Below are positions 1 through 10,079 of a stretch of 64,000 bases of DNA, piece after piece. The position numbers were made by a program, and so were the translations under genes. Numbering within the stretch: position 1 is the first letter of the stretch; the number at the start of each line of letters is the position of its first letter. The stretch is from Gemmatimonadaceae bacterium. Lineage in GTDB: Bacteria; Gemmatimonadota; Gemmatimonadetes; Gemmatimonadales; Gemmatimonadaceae. The notes beneath the pieces are model-generated. The model was given only the letters and a program-made list of their open reading frames with translations. It was not told the DNA's origin and ran no database searches. Location: the NCBI GenBank assembly GCA_044224875.1, contig JBGAJQ010000004.1, forward strand, positions 32,001 to 96,000. Reading direction: 5' to 3'.

Positions 1-2
1 AC

Positions 3-1122
<1,120 letters not shown>

Positions 1123-1275
1123 TCGCCAATCGGTACGGCTTGGCATTTCTCGTGGTGTTAACGGCTCTTTGGGGCGGCCGAGCCATGCATGCGATCTTAC
1201 GCGGCAGCTCCAACGCGCCTGGCGGGATTGAGAAGCCCATCTGAAGCAGCGCTCCCACGATGCCGTAGTACGCGA

Positions 1276-1307
1276 AAGAGCCGCCCGGGACTTCCCGAGC
1301 GGCTCTT
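1276..1307 (-). terminator. Intrinsic terminator hairpin between the convergent AKR and S8 peptidase genes
   Basis: AAGAGCCGC (1276-1284) pairs with GCGGCTCTT (1299-1307), with inner CGGGA/TCCCG; short T runs on both sides. Confidence 0.7.
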
Positions 1308-1374
1308 GTTTCGCCTGGTGTACTGCTGGTCCTGGCCAGGCCAGTCACTCAGCAAACATGCGGCGACTACTCGC

Positions 1375-2640
1375 CTACTGGTCCGTACCGGCGACCGAAG
1401 GAATGGAGTTGTGGAGCAGGCGGTTGATCGAACCCGCGCCCGGATTCCCAACCACGCCAACCGTCGAGTAGTTCCAGATTGCGGTGTGAACCTGCGCCGG
1501 CGTCTTCGTCGGGTTCTTGCTCAAGTACACCAAGGCAACGCCAGCGAAGTGTGGGGAGGCCATCGACGTTCCCGAGGCGATCGCCGCGGAGGTCGGATTC
1601 GGCTGGTACGCGCCCAGGATGTTCGTGCCCGGTGCGAAACCGTCGAGGCAGGTGCCGAAGTTCGAGTAGCTGGCGCGAAGGTCTGGCGAGGCGGGCGGAA
1701 TCGCGCCGTCGGGATAGCTGCCGGTCGCGCCGAGGGTCTCCGCGTTCGGTACGCGGGCCGGCGAGAAGAGGCAGGCGTCGATGCTGCTGTTGCCGGCCGA
1801 CACGGCGTAGACGATCCCGTCAGCGATCGAGGCGTTGACGGCCGCATCCAACGCGGCGTCGGCACCACCACCCAAGCTCATGTTGGCAACCGCAGGGACA
1901 CCGGCCGCGTGGTGGGCCGTGACTCGGTTGACGCCGTCGATGACGGTCAGGGTGGTGCCACTGCCGGAGCAGTCAAGCACGCGGGAGGCCCAGATCGTCG
2001 ACATTGTGGCGAAGCCATACAACGTGCCGGCGGCCGTGCTGGAGGTGTGCGAGCCGTGGCCGTTGCAGACGTCGTTCGCGTCTGCATCGTTGTTGATCGA
2101 ATCCCAGAGCGAATTGTACCGACCGGTGAATTCCTGGTGCGCCGCGTTGACGCCCGTGTCGATAGAGTAGAACGTGACGCCCTGACCCTTGAACGGATAC
2201 TGCGCCTTCAGGTTATTCAGCGGGAGAGTGCGATCGGACACGCGATCCCAACCCCAGGGGCATCCAAAGAGCGAGCCAGGATTCACGCATGCCACCTGGG
2301 CGTCCGCGTGGAACACCTGCGACTGCTGGACGAAGGCCACGTTGGCACTGCGACGGATTGCATCGAGCTTCATCGCTGGAGCCTTGATGCCAAACCCGAT
2401 CAGGCCTTCCGTCCAGACGTGGGTGACCAAGGCACCGGCTGCGCGCGCCTTGTTTGCCTCAGCCGCGACGCCCGCAGCGTCCATCTTCTTCAGGACGACC
2501 ACGTACTCGTTCGGCACCAATTCCGCGTTCATGGACGCTGAGTTGGTGACGAGCTTGGCCAATGGGGCGCCTTGGGTGCCGGTGCCGTCCGAACAGGCGA
2601 CCGCCGCCAATGCAGCAACTGCGAGCAACGACTTTTTCAC
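1375..2640 (-). CDS. S8 subtilisin/proteinase K-like serine peptidase, lipoprotein with I9-type propeptide
   Basis: Triad motifs IDTG, HGSH and GTSMASPH; ANMSLGG; lipobox-like AVAC; GTG at 2640 preceded by GGAGG. Confidence 0.93.
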   Translation of the reverse strand: MKKSLLAVAALAAVACSDGTGTQGAPLAKLVTNSASMNAELVPNEYVVVLKKMDAAGVAAEANKARAAGALVTHVWTEGLIGFGIKAPAMKLDAIRRSANVAFVQQSQVFHADAQVACVNPGSLFGCPWGWDRVSDRTLPLNNLKAQYPFKGQGVTFYSIDTGVNAAHQEFTGRYNSLWDSINNDADANDVCNGHGSHTSSTAAGTLYGFATMSTIWASRVLDCSGSGTTLTVIDGVNRVTAHHAAGVPAVANMSLGGGADAALDAAVNASIADGIVYAVSAGNSSIDACLFSPARVPNAETLGATGSYPDGAIPPASPDLRASYSNFGTCLDGFAPGTNILGAYQPNPTSAAIASGTSMASPHFAGVALVYLSKNPTKTPAQVHTAIWNYSTVGVVGNPGAGSINRLLHNSIPSVAGTDQ

Positions 2641-2935
2641 AGGAAACCTCCGAGGGGAAAGGTCTGCAACCCTCGGGTCGTTCGCTTGCCGCATTTCCGC
2701 CGTTACCGGCTAACCGTAACCGCGGGTGCGAACGCCTAACGATGCCGTAGGATTGCCGTGCGAACCCCCATGCTAGGCTAATCTCGTGACCTGTCAACCT
2801 GAGCGTGCGCGCTACAGGTCCCGTGCCGCACTCCGGGGGTCAATTTTGCCGGAAGGCGTCGCACGGATGCCACGACCAACCCCAGAAAGCGAAGTCGAGC
2901 ACGCGATTCACCCGCAACAGGAGCCGCCGGCGACC

Positions 2936-3493
2936 CTACCCGGCGATGACGGCGTGAACTCGAAGTCCGTTCGGCGAGGGGAGGGCTGGTGACCTTTCAG
3001 GGCAAGTGAAGATCAGTGTGATCCACCCGTCCCGCCGCAGGCCGGCGAGTAACCCTGGCCACGCCGCGGCTTCGGTCAGGAAATTCGCTGGCCGGTACTC
3101 GCGGGTGGTCGCGCTGCTAAAGAGCGCCGGACCGTTCACGGATGCCAGGGTATCCAGCACGATGGAATAGGTATGCGACGCGCCGGGATGCGGAGAGAGA
3201 TTGACCTGCAGGGCGGTGAGTCGTTCCGCGGTGAACGTCGCAAAGGCCACCGCCTCGATGCCGTCGACGGATCCGTGAAACACGTAGTCCGAGTCCTCGT
3301 CGATCGTGACGAACCGCCACCCCACGTCGCTCAGGCGTTGGCGCACGGAGTCCGGGCGCAGCCCCCATTCCACCCGGAGGATCGGCGACGGCGTCGCATA
3401 CACGGTTTGGGCGCGCATAGGCGTGCCAGCCGTCGTGAGCGCGAACGAGGCCACCAAGGCGATGCGAACAACAGGCGGTGCGTAGCGTGACAT
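2936..3493 (-). CDS. Hypothetical secreted protein
   Basis: 185-aa ORF with signal-peptide-like N-terminus and GGAGG RBS. Confidence 0.65.
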   Translation of the reverse strand: MSRYAPPVVRIALVASFALTTAGTPMRAQTVYATPSPILRVEWGLRPDSVRQRLSDVGWRFVTIDEDSDYVFHGSVDGIEAVAFATFTAERLTALQVNLSPHPGASHTYSIVLDTLASVNGPALFSSATTREYRPANFLTEAAAWPGLLAGLRRDGWITLIFTCPERSPALPSPNGLRVHAVIAG

Positions 3494-3722
3494 CTCAACC
3501 TCCAGTAGCCGGCGACACGAGACGGCATCCCATGTGCGTTAGGCGGATCATCGTCACCGGCGGCACGTCGGGCCCTTTCTATGTGTGTCGGCAGGTCCGG
3601 CAGAAAGTTGAATGCGCCGGCGGTGCGACCGTGGTGATCGGGCGCGACGGGCGGCTCATCCCGGTGAGGAATCCCTTAGACCGCCGTCACATCCACTCGG
3701 CGGATCACTGCTCCCATAACCC

Positions 3723-5465
3723 ATGGGTGGGGGGCTAATGTGTAGTGTGACACTTCTCATGCTTCGCACGCAGGCCAACGGTCACCACCCGCGCCAAGCA
3801 TCGGGTCTTGGACCCTCGACGCCGATCGCGTTGGCGCTCATGATGTGCCTTTCGGCGTCGCTGGAAGCACAGCAGGTGCGCGGCATCGTCACCGAGACGG
3901 GCGGGGCGCCGGTGCCCGGCGCCGTGCTGACACTCATTGCCGACGATGGCCAACGGGTGGCGACGGCATTGTCGAGTGAGGGCGGGGCGTACGTCGTTCG
4001 CGCACCACGGGCCGGGAGTTTCACCCTCGAGATCAAGCGGATCGGCGTCCGGCTCACGCGGATTGGTCCGTTCAATCTGTCGGAAGGCGAGGTGCGCGAG
4101 GAGTCCGTCAGGTTGCGTCCCGTGCCGCTGTTGCAGCCAGAAGTGCGGGTGGCGGGGAAAAGCCGGTGTTCTCGGCAGCCCGAGGTGAATGACGCTACCG
4201 GCACGTTGTGGGAGAACGCGCGTGCCGCATTGGCGGCGGTGAAGCTGACGCAGGAGGCCGGCACGGCGCAGGCGCGGATCACCCGCATTTCGCGGGACAT
4301 CGACGCGTCCAGCATGCGTGTCACGAGCGAGCGGCGGGCGGACTCGTATGCCTTCGGCAGCCGGCCGTTCACCAGCGTCCCCGCCGACTTGCTGTCCGCG
4401 CAGGGGTATGTGCGTCGGGATGGCAACGGGTTCGTCTACAACGCCCCCGACGCCACCGTCATCCTCTCCGATGTCTTCCTGGCGGATCACTGCTTTCGCT
4501 ACGTGGGGCCCGAAAGGTCTGATACCACGGTGGCCGGACTGCGATTCGAACCGGTGCGCGAAAAGGCCCTCGCCGATGTTTCCGGGGTGATGTGGATCGA
4601 CCGGCGTTCGTTCGAGCTCAAGTCGATCGAGTTCGTCTACGAGAACCCGCCGCCGCCACACGAGCGCGGTCAGGCGGGTGGTTCGGTGCACTTCAAGCGC
4701 ATTCGCAGCGGCTGGATCGTGGACAAGTGGTACATTCGCTGGCCGCGCTTTGCCGGCATAAGCCGGCAGGACCCGACGTCCAGCGCGGCGGTGTTCGGGA
4801 ACCGCACCGCACCCGGTGTCATGGCGTACCGGGAAGAGGGGGGCGAGGCCGTCATGGTCGGGGCCGACGACGTGGGCATCGGTCGCGTGCGGGGCGTCGT
4901 GGTTGAAGGTGACGGCGGCCGTCCCGTTTCGGGGGCGCGGGTCCAGCTGGCTCAGACGGGGTTCACCCAGGCCCGGGTCGTGAGCGCAACGGCCGGCACC
5001 TTCGTGCTGGACAGCATTCCCGCGGGAAGTTACACCGTCACCGTCTCCCACCCACGCCTGGATTCGTTAGGTGTACGTGGACGGTCGAGTGAGCTGGAGG
5101 TGCGCGCGCGTGATTCGCTCACCGTTCAGCTCGCGATCCCGTCGGACACGATGATCTGGACGTCGCTGTGCCCCGCTGACACGGATCGCGCGGCGCACGG
5201 TTTCGTGCGTGTGCTGACGACCAATGCCCGAACAGGCGCCCTACAGGATGGGGTAACGGTGCGCGTTGCGTGGAGCGGTACCGACGCCGCCGGGGTCACG
5301 GCGACGACAGACGACGACGGTGCGGTGACGACATGCAAGGTACCGACCGATCGCCCGATTCACGTGGCGGCGATGGTTGACGGGAGGGAAGTCGCGTCCC
5401 GGACGTTGACCCTGACGGCAGGTGAGATGCGTGTGGTGCCGCTCGCGGTGCCGTCGAAGCCGTGA
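3723..5465 (+). CDS. Secreted protein with carboxypeptidase-regulatory-like (transthyretin-fold) domains
   Basis: Repeated VRGxVxE..G.PV.GA.V.L modules and a signal peptide; exact start uncertain. Confidence 0.8.
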   Translation: MGGGLMCSVTLLMLRTQANGHHPRQASGLGPSTPIALALMMCLSASLEAQQVRGIVTETGGAPVPGAVLTLIADDGQRVATALSSEGGAYVVRAPRAGSFTLEIKRIGVRLTRIGPFNLSEGEVREESVRLRPVPLLQPEVRVAGKSRCSRQPEVNDATGTLWENARAALAAVKLTQEAGTAQARITRISRDIDASSMRVTSERRADSYAFGSRPFTSVPADLLSAQGYVRRDGNGFVYNAPDATVILSDVFLADHCFRYVGPERSDTTVAGLRFEPVREKALADVSGVMWIDRRSFELKSIEFVYENPPPPHERGQAGGSVHFKRIRSGWIVDKWYIRWPRFAGISRQDPTSSAAVFGNRTAPGVMAYREEGGEAVMVGADDVGIGRVRGVVVEGDGGRPVSGARVQLAQTGFTQARVVSATAGTFVLDSIPAGSYTVTVSHPRLDSLGVRGRSSELEVRARDSLTVQLAIPSDTMIWTSLCPADTDRAAHGFVRVLTTNARTGALQDGVTVRVAWSGTDAAGVTATTDDDGAVTTCKVPTDRPIHVAAMVDGREVASRTLTLTAGEMRVVPLAVPSKP

Positions 5466-5483
5466 GGATAGCCGCGGAGCGCA

Positions 5484-7541
5484 TCAGCACCCCGGCATCC
5501 GGAACGCCCCGATCCGCGTCGAGTAGTTCGTTGCGCCTTCCTTCAGGTAGTCCCCCACGTACCAGATCGTGCAATCGTCGCTCGGGTCCACCGCCGTCTG
5601 CGTGTAGTCCTCCCAACGCAGTGTGTTCGTCTGGGCCGCCTTGCCCTCCACCAACACGGCCTCCCGTAGCGTGAGCTGGCCCTTGGGATCCGCGGCCAAT
5701 CGTCCCGCGAAGCGCTGGCCGGCAAAGTGCGGAGACCCACCGAACGAATATCCGATCCCGATATTCCCCTTCGCATCCATCGCCGGACTGCCCATCCACC
5801 GAAACGACGCGTCGGGGGCGAAGGTGCCTTGCTGCGCCAACAGCAACTGGCGGCGGGGACCCACGGTGAACTCGTACCAGCGCACACCGCCAGCTCCGAC
5901 ACTCGTGTTCACGGAGTGGACGGCAACGATCGATTCGCGGGCCCCAATGCGACGATACACCAGTCGCGCCATGATCTTGTCGCCCTGCGCGTCGAGCCGG
6001 CGGTCGGTGCCAGGCTGCGGGACGCAGCTGGTGAGCTGCCCATCGCACAGGTAGTGGTAAGGGGCCACGGAAAGCGTGGTCGGCCCCTCCACCCGGGTCT
6101 TCGCGGGATCGTCCCAGTCCACGTGGAAGCTCCAGGCATACAGCCTGCGATCCTCCATCACCTTCTTCAACTGCGTGCCTCCGGCGGCGATCATGATGTT
6201 CGGTGCACCTGCCGGCGGTAGCTGCGTGCCGTCGAGGTCCGCGTTGTTGAGAAAATTCACGCCATCGATGATCGCGCACTGTTCGGTGGCGTCCTCGCCC
6301 TTGAGCATGCGCGCCCGATCGACGACACACGCGTGCTTCTGGATCACTTCATCCCCGGTGCTGGAGGGGATGTAGTAGCCATCGGGCCACACGGCGGGGC
6401 GCGGGTAGTCGGGGAAGAGGGGACGCACGAATTCGTAGCGATAGTACGGGCCGAAGGGGTCAGTGCCCGTGCTCACGGCATAGCACATCGCGTACGGGCC
6501 GGTGTCCTGAGTTGCAGCTGGCCGAGCCGGCGGCCGAACCGTGTCACCCGGCGAGGGAGGCGGTGGAGGTGGGGGCAGGGTGAGCGGGGCGGCGCTCCCG
6601 GGCTGTCGTGCGTTTCCCTTGAGGCTACGTTGCGCAGGGTCTCCGCTCTTGCCGGCGTCGGTTTGTCCGGGCCGGACGGGCGTCCGCGAAAAAATCGGCA
6701 TCACGATCAACCAGCGGTCGGCCAGCTGGTCGTACCTGACGACTGCGTCGCCATTGTTTCGCGCCTCGCAGACTCCGCCGAACCCGGCAAAGACGTGACG
6801 CGTTTCTACGGGCCCATACAACACACGCCCCGTCGTATCGAAGATCGCGCCTTTCTTTGTGAAGATGGCCATACGAGTGTTCACGACTTGCATCACATAG
6901 TCGCGCCCAACGGCGAGCGAGTTGTCCGACGGGTTCCGGAGACTGGCCGTGCCCTGTGGGCCCACGAACCCCACACCGAGTCCGTCGAACGACGCGACGA
7001 TTCGTGCCGCAGGCCTGCGGCCGTGCGTGCGCTGTTCCACTGCGGCGGAGCCCCTCGGCACTGTGATGACCGGAGGTGGCGGCGGTGATTGTGCCTGGCG
7101 GCGCGAGGCGCCGGCTGTGCGCGTGATGGGCTCGTCCGAACGATCTGCTTCGCGCGCTTCCCACCCGTCGGCGTCGTCATCGTATGCTGGCGCGAGCGAC
7201 AGGAGTGGAGGGGCATCTGCGGCTGGCGCATCAAGATCGCGAATGCGGCGCACCGGGTAGGCAAGGCGGTTGTCCTGGGCCCGTGTTAGACCAATCGGAC
7301 GCGGTCGGGTGTTCAAGGCGATGCCCGTTAGGCGCGAGTGACATCGGTCGGGCGTGGTCGCACAGTCTTCGTCCACACCCAACCGGGCGGACGTATCGCG
7401 GGCCGTTGCGTGACGGACTTCAACGACTGGATCCATCGATGACTTCGTGGCCGCGGGCTCGCCGGCACACCCCGCCAGCAAGAACGCGGCGACTGCCGCG
7501 ACGGTCCATGCGCAGCTGCAGTCCTTCCCCGATTGTGTCAT
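5484..7541 (-). CDS. Large hypothetical lipoprotein/secreted protein, probably beta-rich
   Basis: 685 aa with lipobox LAGC, Pro-rich linkers and motifs PSDNSLAVG, YDQLADRW, FPDYPR, RWEDY. Confidence 0.8.
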   Translation of the reverse strand: MTQSGKDCSCAWTVAAVAAFLLAGCAGEPAATKSSMDPVVEVRHATARDTSARLGVDEDCATTPDRCHSRLTGIALNTRPRPIGLTRAQDNRLAYPVRRIRDLDAPAADAPPLLSLAPAYDDDADGWEAREADRSDEPITRTAGASRRQAQSPPPPPVITVPRGSAAVEQRTHGRRPAARIVASFDGLGVGFVGPQGTASLRNPSDNSLAVGRDYVMQVVNTRMAIFTKKGAIFDTTGRVLYGPVETRHVFAGFGGVCEARNNGDAVVRYDQLADRWLIVMPIFSRTPVRPGQTDAGKSGDPAQRSLKGNARQPGSAAPLTLPPPPPPPSPGDTVRPPARPAATQDTGPYAMCYAVSTGTDPFGPYYRYEFVRPLFPDYPRPAVWPDGYYIPSSTGDEVIQKHACVVDRARMLKGEDATEQCAIIDGVNFLNNADLDGTQLPPAGAPNIMIAAGGTQLKKVMEDRRLYAWSFHVDWDDPAKTRVEGPTTLSVAPYHYLCDGQLTSCVPQPGTDRRLDAQGDKIMARLVYRRIGARESIVAVHSVNTSVGAGGVRWYEFTVGPRRQLLLAQQGTFAPDASFRWMGSPAMDAKGNIGIGYSFGGSPHFAGQRFAGRLAADPKGQLTLREAVLVEGKAAQTNTLRWEDYTQTAVDPSDDCTIWYVGDYLKEGATNYSTRIGAFRMPGC

Positions 7542-7551
7542 GTCGACTTGC

Positions 7552-9693
7552 CTACGCGTTGAGTGTCGCGGCGATTCGCTCAGCGATGCGTTCCGTCGTC
7601 GGCACGACGGCTTCCATCAGGCGCGGGTGGTACGGCACCGGCACGTCTTCCACGCACAACCGGTCAATCGGCGCGTCCAGATACCAGAAGGCTTCCCGGG
7701 CAATGGTGGCGGCAATCTCCGCACCGAAGCCCGCTGTCAGGTTGTCCTCATGGACGATCAGGCATCGACCCGTCTTCTTCACCGATTCCAGAACCGCCGC
7801 GCGGTCCCACGGCGCGATCGTCCGCAGGTCGATCAATTCGGCATCCGCACCCGATTGGGCGATTGCGTCCTTGCAGCGGTGCAGCAATGCACCCCAGGTG
7901 ACCATGGTGAGGGCGCGACCCTCACGCACGGTATTCGCCACCCCTAACGGGAGAACGTAGTCGTCGCCGGGGTAGGGTGCGCTGCCATCGCTGGTCATGA
8001 GCAACGCGCGGTGCTCAAAGAAGATCGTCGGGTTGGGGGATCGCATGGCGGCGCGCAGGAGGCCCACGGCGTCGGCCGCATTCGATGGAATCGCCACCTG
8101 CCAACCGATGGCATGCGCCCACAACACCTCCGCGCTCAGCGAATGCCACGGATCGCCGACGTCCTTGCCGAATCCCCCCGGGAGCCGCACGACGATAGGG
8201 GCCGCAAAACGATTGGCCGTACGCCATCGCATGGTCCCGCAATTGTTCAGCTGCTCTGTCGCCGGGTCTGCGTACTTCCGGAACTGAATCTCGGCGACTG
8301 GCACAAGGCCGGCGATGGCCATGCCCACCGCGCGCCCGATGATCCCTTCCTCTGAAAGGCTCGTGTCAAAGACCCGGTCCTCGCCAAAGTGCTTCTGCAG
8401 CCCTTCGGTGACGAGGTGTACGCCGCCCTTTCTCCCCACATCCTCACCAAAGACGACCAACTTCGGGTTTGCCGCCAGCTCCGACCTCAGCGTGCGTCGG
8501 ATGGCATCGGCAAAGCGCAGGGTTTCGCGCTTGGCGTGTGATGCGTCACCGGGGAAGGGCACACCACCTAACGCGGCACGCTCCTCGTCTGTGAGGCCAC
8601 CCATCGGGTCGGCGTCGCCTTCCCGTCGTGGCTCAGCGTACACAAAGCGCTTGATGCTGGCGGGGTCAGGAGCCGGCCTGGCCCGCGCCGCGGCGAGCCC
8701 CTGCTCGACATCTCGCGCGACCTCCGCTTCCAGCTCCTCCCACTCGGCCTTGGACAACAACGACGGGACCAGGTAGTCGCGGAGCTTCGGCAGCGGGTCT
8801 CGCTCGACATCGGCCGCAATCTCAGCGTCGGTGCGATAGCCCTTTTGGTTGTCCGGCCCCGAGTGCGAACTGAGCCGCGGTACCGTCAGGTGCACCAGTG
8901 CGGGCCCGGCGCCACTCCGTACGTGCGCCACGACCTCGGTGAGGGCGGCGGCGGTGGCCTCCGGGTCTGTACCATCCCCGTCGCGGACGAGCAGGTTGGC
9001 GAACGACGCCAGGTTCTTGGCGATATTCCCCCCCGGCGTCTGCATCTTCCCGCCGACGCTGATCCCGAGCCCATTGTCTTCTATATAGAAGAGCATGGGG
9101 AGCTTGAGCGTGGTGGCCATCGTCAGGGAGGCCCAGAACCCATTGGTCGCGACCGACGCATCGCCGCCCAATGCCACGGCCAACGCACCGTTGTAGCTGG
9201 AGTCCTTCAGGTGGTCGCGGTAGTAGGTAATCGCGTGCGCCCATCCCGCCGTCGGCGTGTATTGGGACCCGACGTCACCGGACATCGGCAGGACCTTGGC
9301 GCTCTGTCGAGAGGGAAAGTTGCAGACCACGCCGATATCCCGCCCGTCGCTGAAGCCTCCCGAGCGACCCAGGGGGGATGCGAACCCATCTTCAATCGAC
9401 AAGCCTAACGAAATGAGCAGCGGCCGCGAGCGATAGTAGGCACCGGCGGCGTCGTGCCGATGGGTCAACAACGCGCCAAGGATGCTTTGCGCCACATCGT
9501 GCCCCCGAGCAGAAAACTGGTAGAGCACCACGTGCTCCCGCGGGACTTGGGCGCGATTTCGGTTCGTGGCCTCCTCAATATCGTCCAGCGAGCGCGAGAC
9601 CAGCGTGTGGTAAGCGACCTTCCGCCAGTCGATGGCCGGATGTGGGGCCGCAGTTGGGCGCGGACGACGTCCTTTGGAGGGCAAGACAGCCAT
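7552..9693 (-). CDS. TPP-dependent 2-oxoacid dehydrogenase E1, fused alpha+beta subunits (branched-chain/aromatic type)
   Basis: GDASV...EDNG TPP motif, SHSGPD, and beta-part motifs GEDVG, DTSLSE, EIQF, IDLRTI.PWD. Confidence 0.92.
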   Translation of the reverse strand: MAVLPSKGRRPRPTAAPHPAIDWRKVAYHTLVSRSLDDIEEATNRNRAQVPREHVVLYQFSARGHDVAQSILGALLTHRHDAAGAYYRSRPLLISLGLSIEDGFASPLGRSGGFSDGRDIGVVCNFPSRQSAKVLPMSGDVGSQYTPTAGWAHAITYYRDHLKDSSYNGALAVALGGDASVATNGFWASLTMATTLKLPMLFYIEDNGLGISVGGKMQTPGGNIAKNLASFANLLVRDGDGTDPEATAAALTEVVAHVRSGAGPALVHLTVPRLSSHSGPDNQKGYRTDAEIAADVERDPLPKLRDYLVPSLLSKAEWEELEAEVARDVEQGLAAARARPAPDPASIKRFVYAEPRREGDADPMGGLTDEERAALGGVPFPGDASHAKRETLRFADAIRRTLRSELAANPKLVVFGEDVGRKGGVHLVTEGLQKHFGEDRVFDTSLSEEGIIGRAVGMAIAGLVPVAEIQFRKYADPATEQLNNCGTMRWRTANRFAAPIVVRLPGGFGKDVGDPWHSLSAEVLWAHAIGWQVAIPSNAADAVGLLRAAMRSPNPTIFFEHRALLMTSDGSAPYPGDDYVLPLGVANTVREGRALTMVTWGALLHRCKDAIAQSGADAELIDLRTIAPWDRAAVLESVKKTGRCLIVHEDNLTAGFGAEIAATIAREAFWYLDAPIDRLCVEDVPVPYHPRLMEAVVPTTERIAERIAATLNA

Positions 9694-10079
9694 TCGAAAA
9701 ACGGGGCTTGGGACCGTCAGGGTCAGGCTGGCGTGAATCTAACCTGCGCTCATGGAGGGGACGAAACCCCATACAGCTGGTCACGCGATCGCCCCGTGGT
9801 ATGCTGCTCCCGTCGGCGGATGAAAGCCTTTGACCGACCCATGTACTTGCCCTGAAGCTGGGTTTCGACTGCCGTTGGTCCCGCGCGGCGCGCGCGGACC
9901 CCCGCGACCGGTGTGCGCATGACGCATGGGTGGGCGTTGGCGGTCGCTGCGCACCCACCCTCGCAGGGTCGCGAAGACTTTGCATCGCGAATGGTGGCCG
10001 AAGGGGTCGCGATGCACCTTTCCCACAGCAAGTTCGCACCTCCGTCGTTCCCGATGCCACAACCCACTGTCCGCTGCCC

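Noticed and set aside
1189..2541. Long antisense or alternate-frame ORFs (for example 1189-2541, 3735-5051, 19174-20505, 41063-42379)
   Set aside because: They are shadow ORFs of high-GC genes with no recognisable motifs and overlap well-supported CDSs.
6555..6580. G-rich tract GGAGGCGGTGGAGGTGGGGGCAGGG as a G-quadruplex or repeat
   Set aside because: It is explained by a poly-proline linker on the minus strand.
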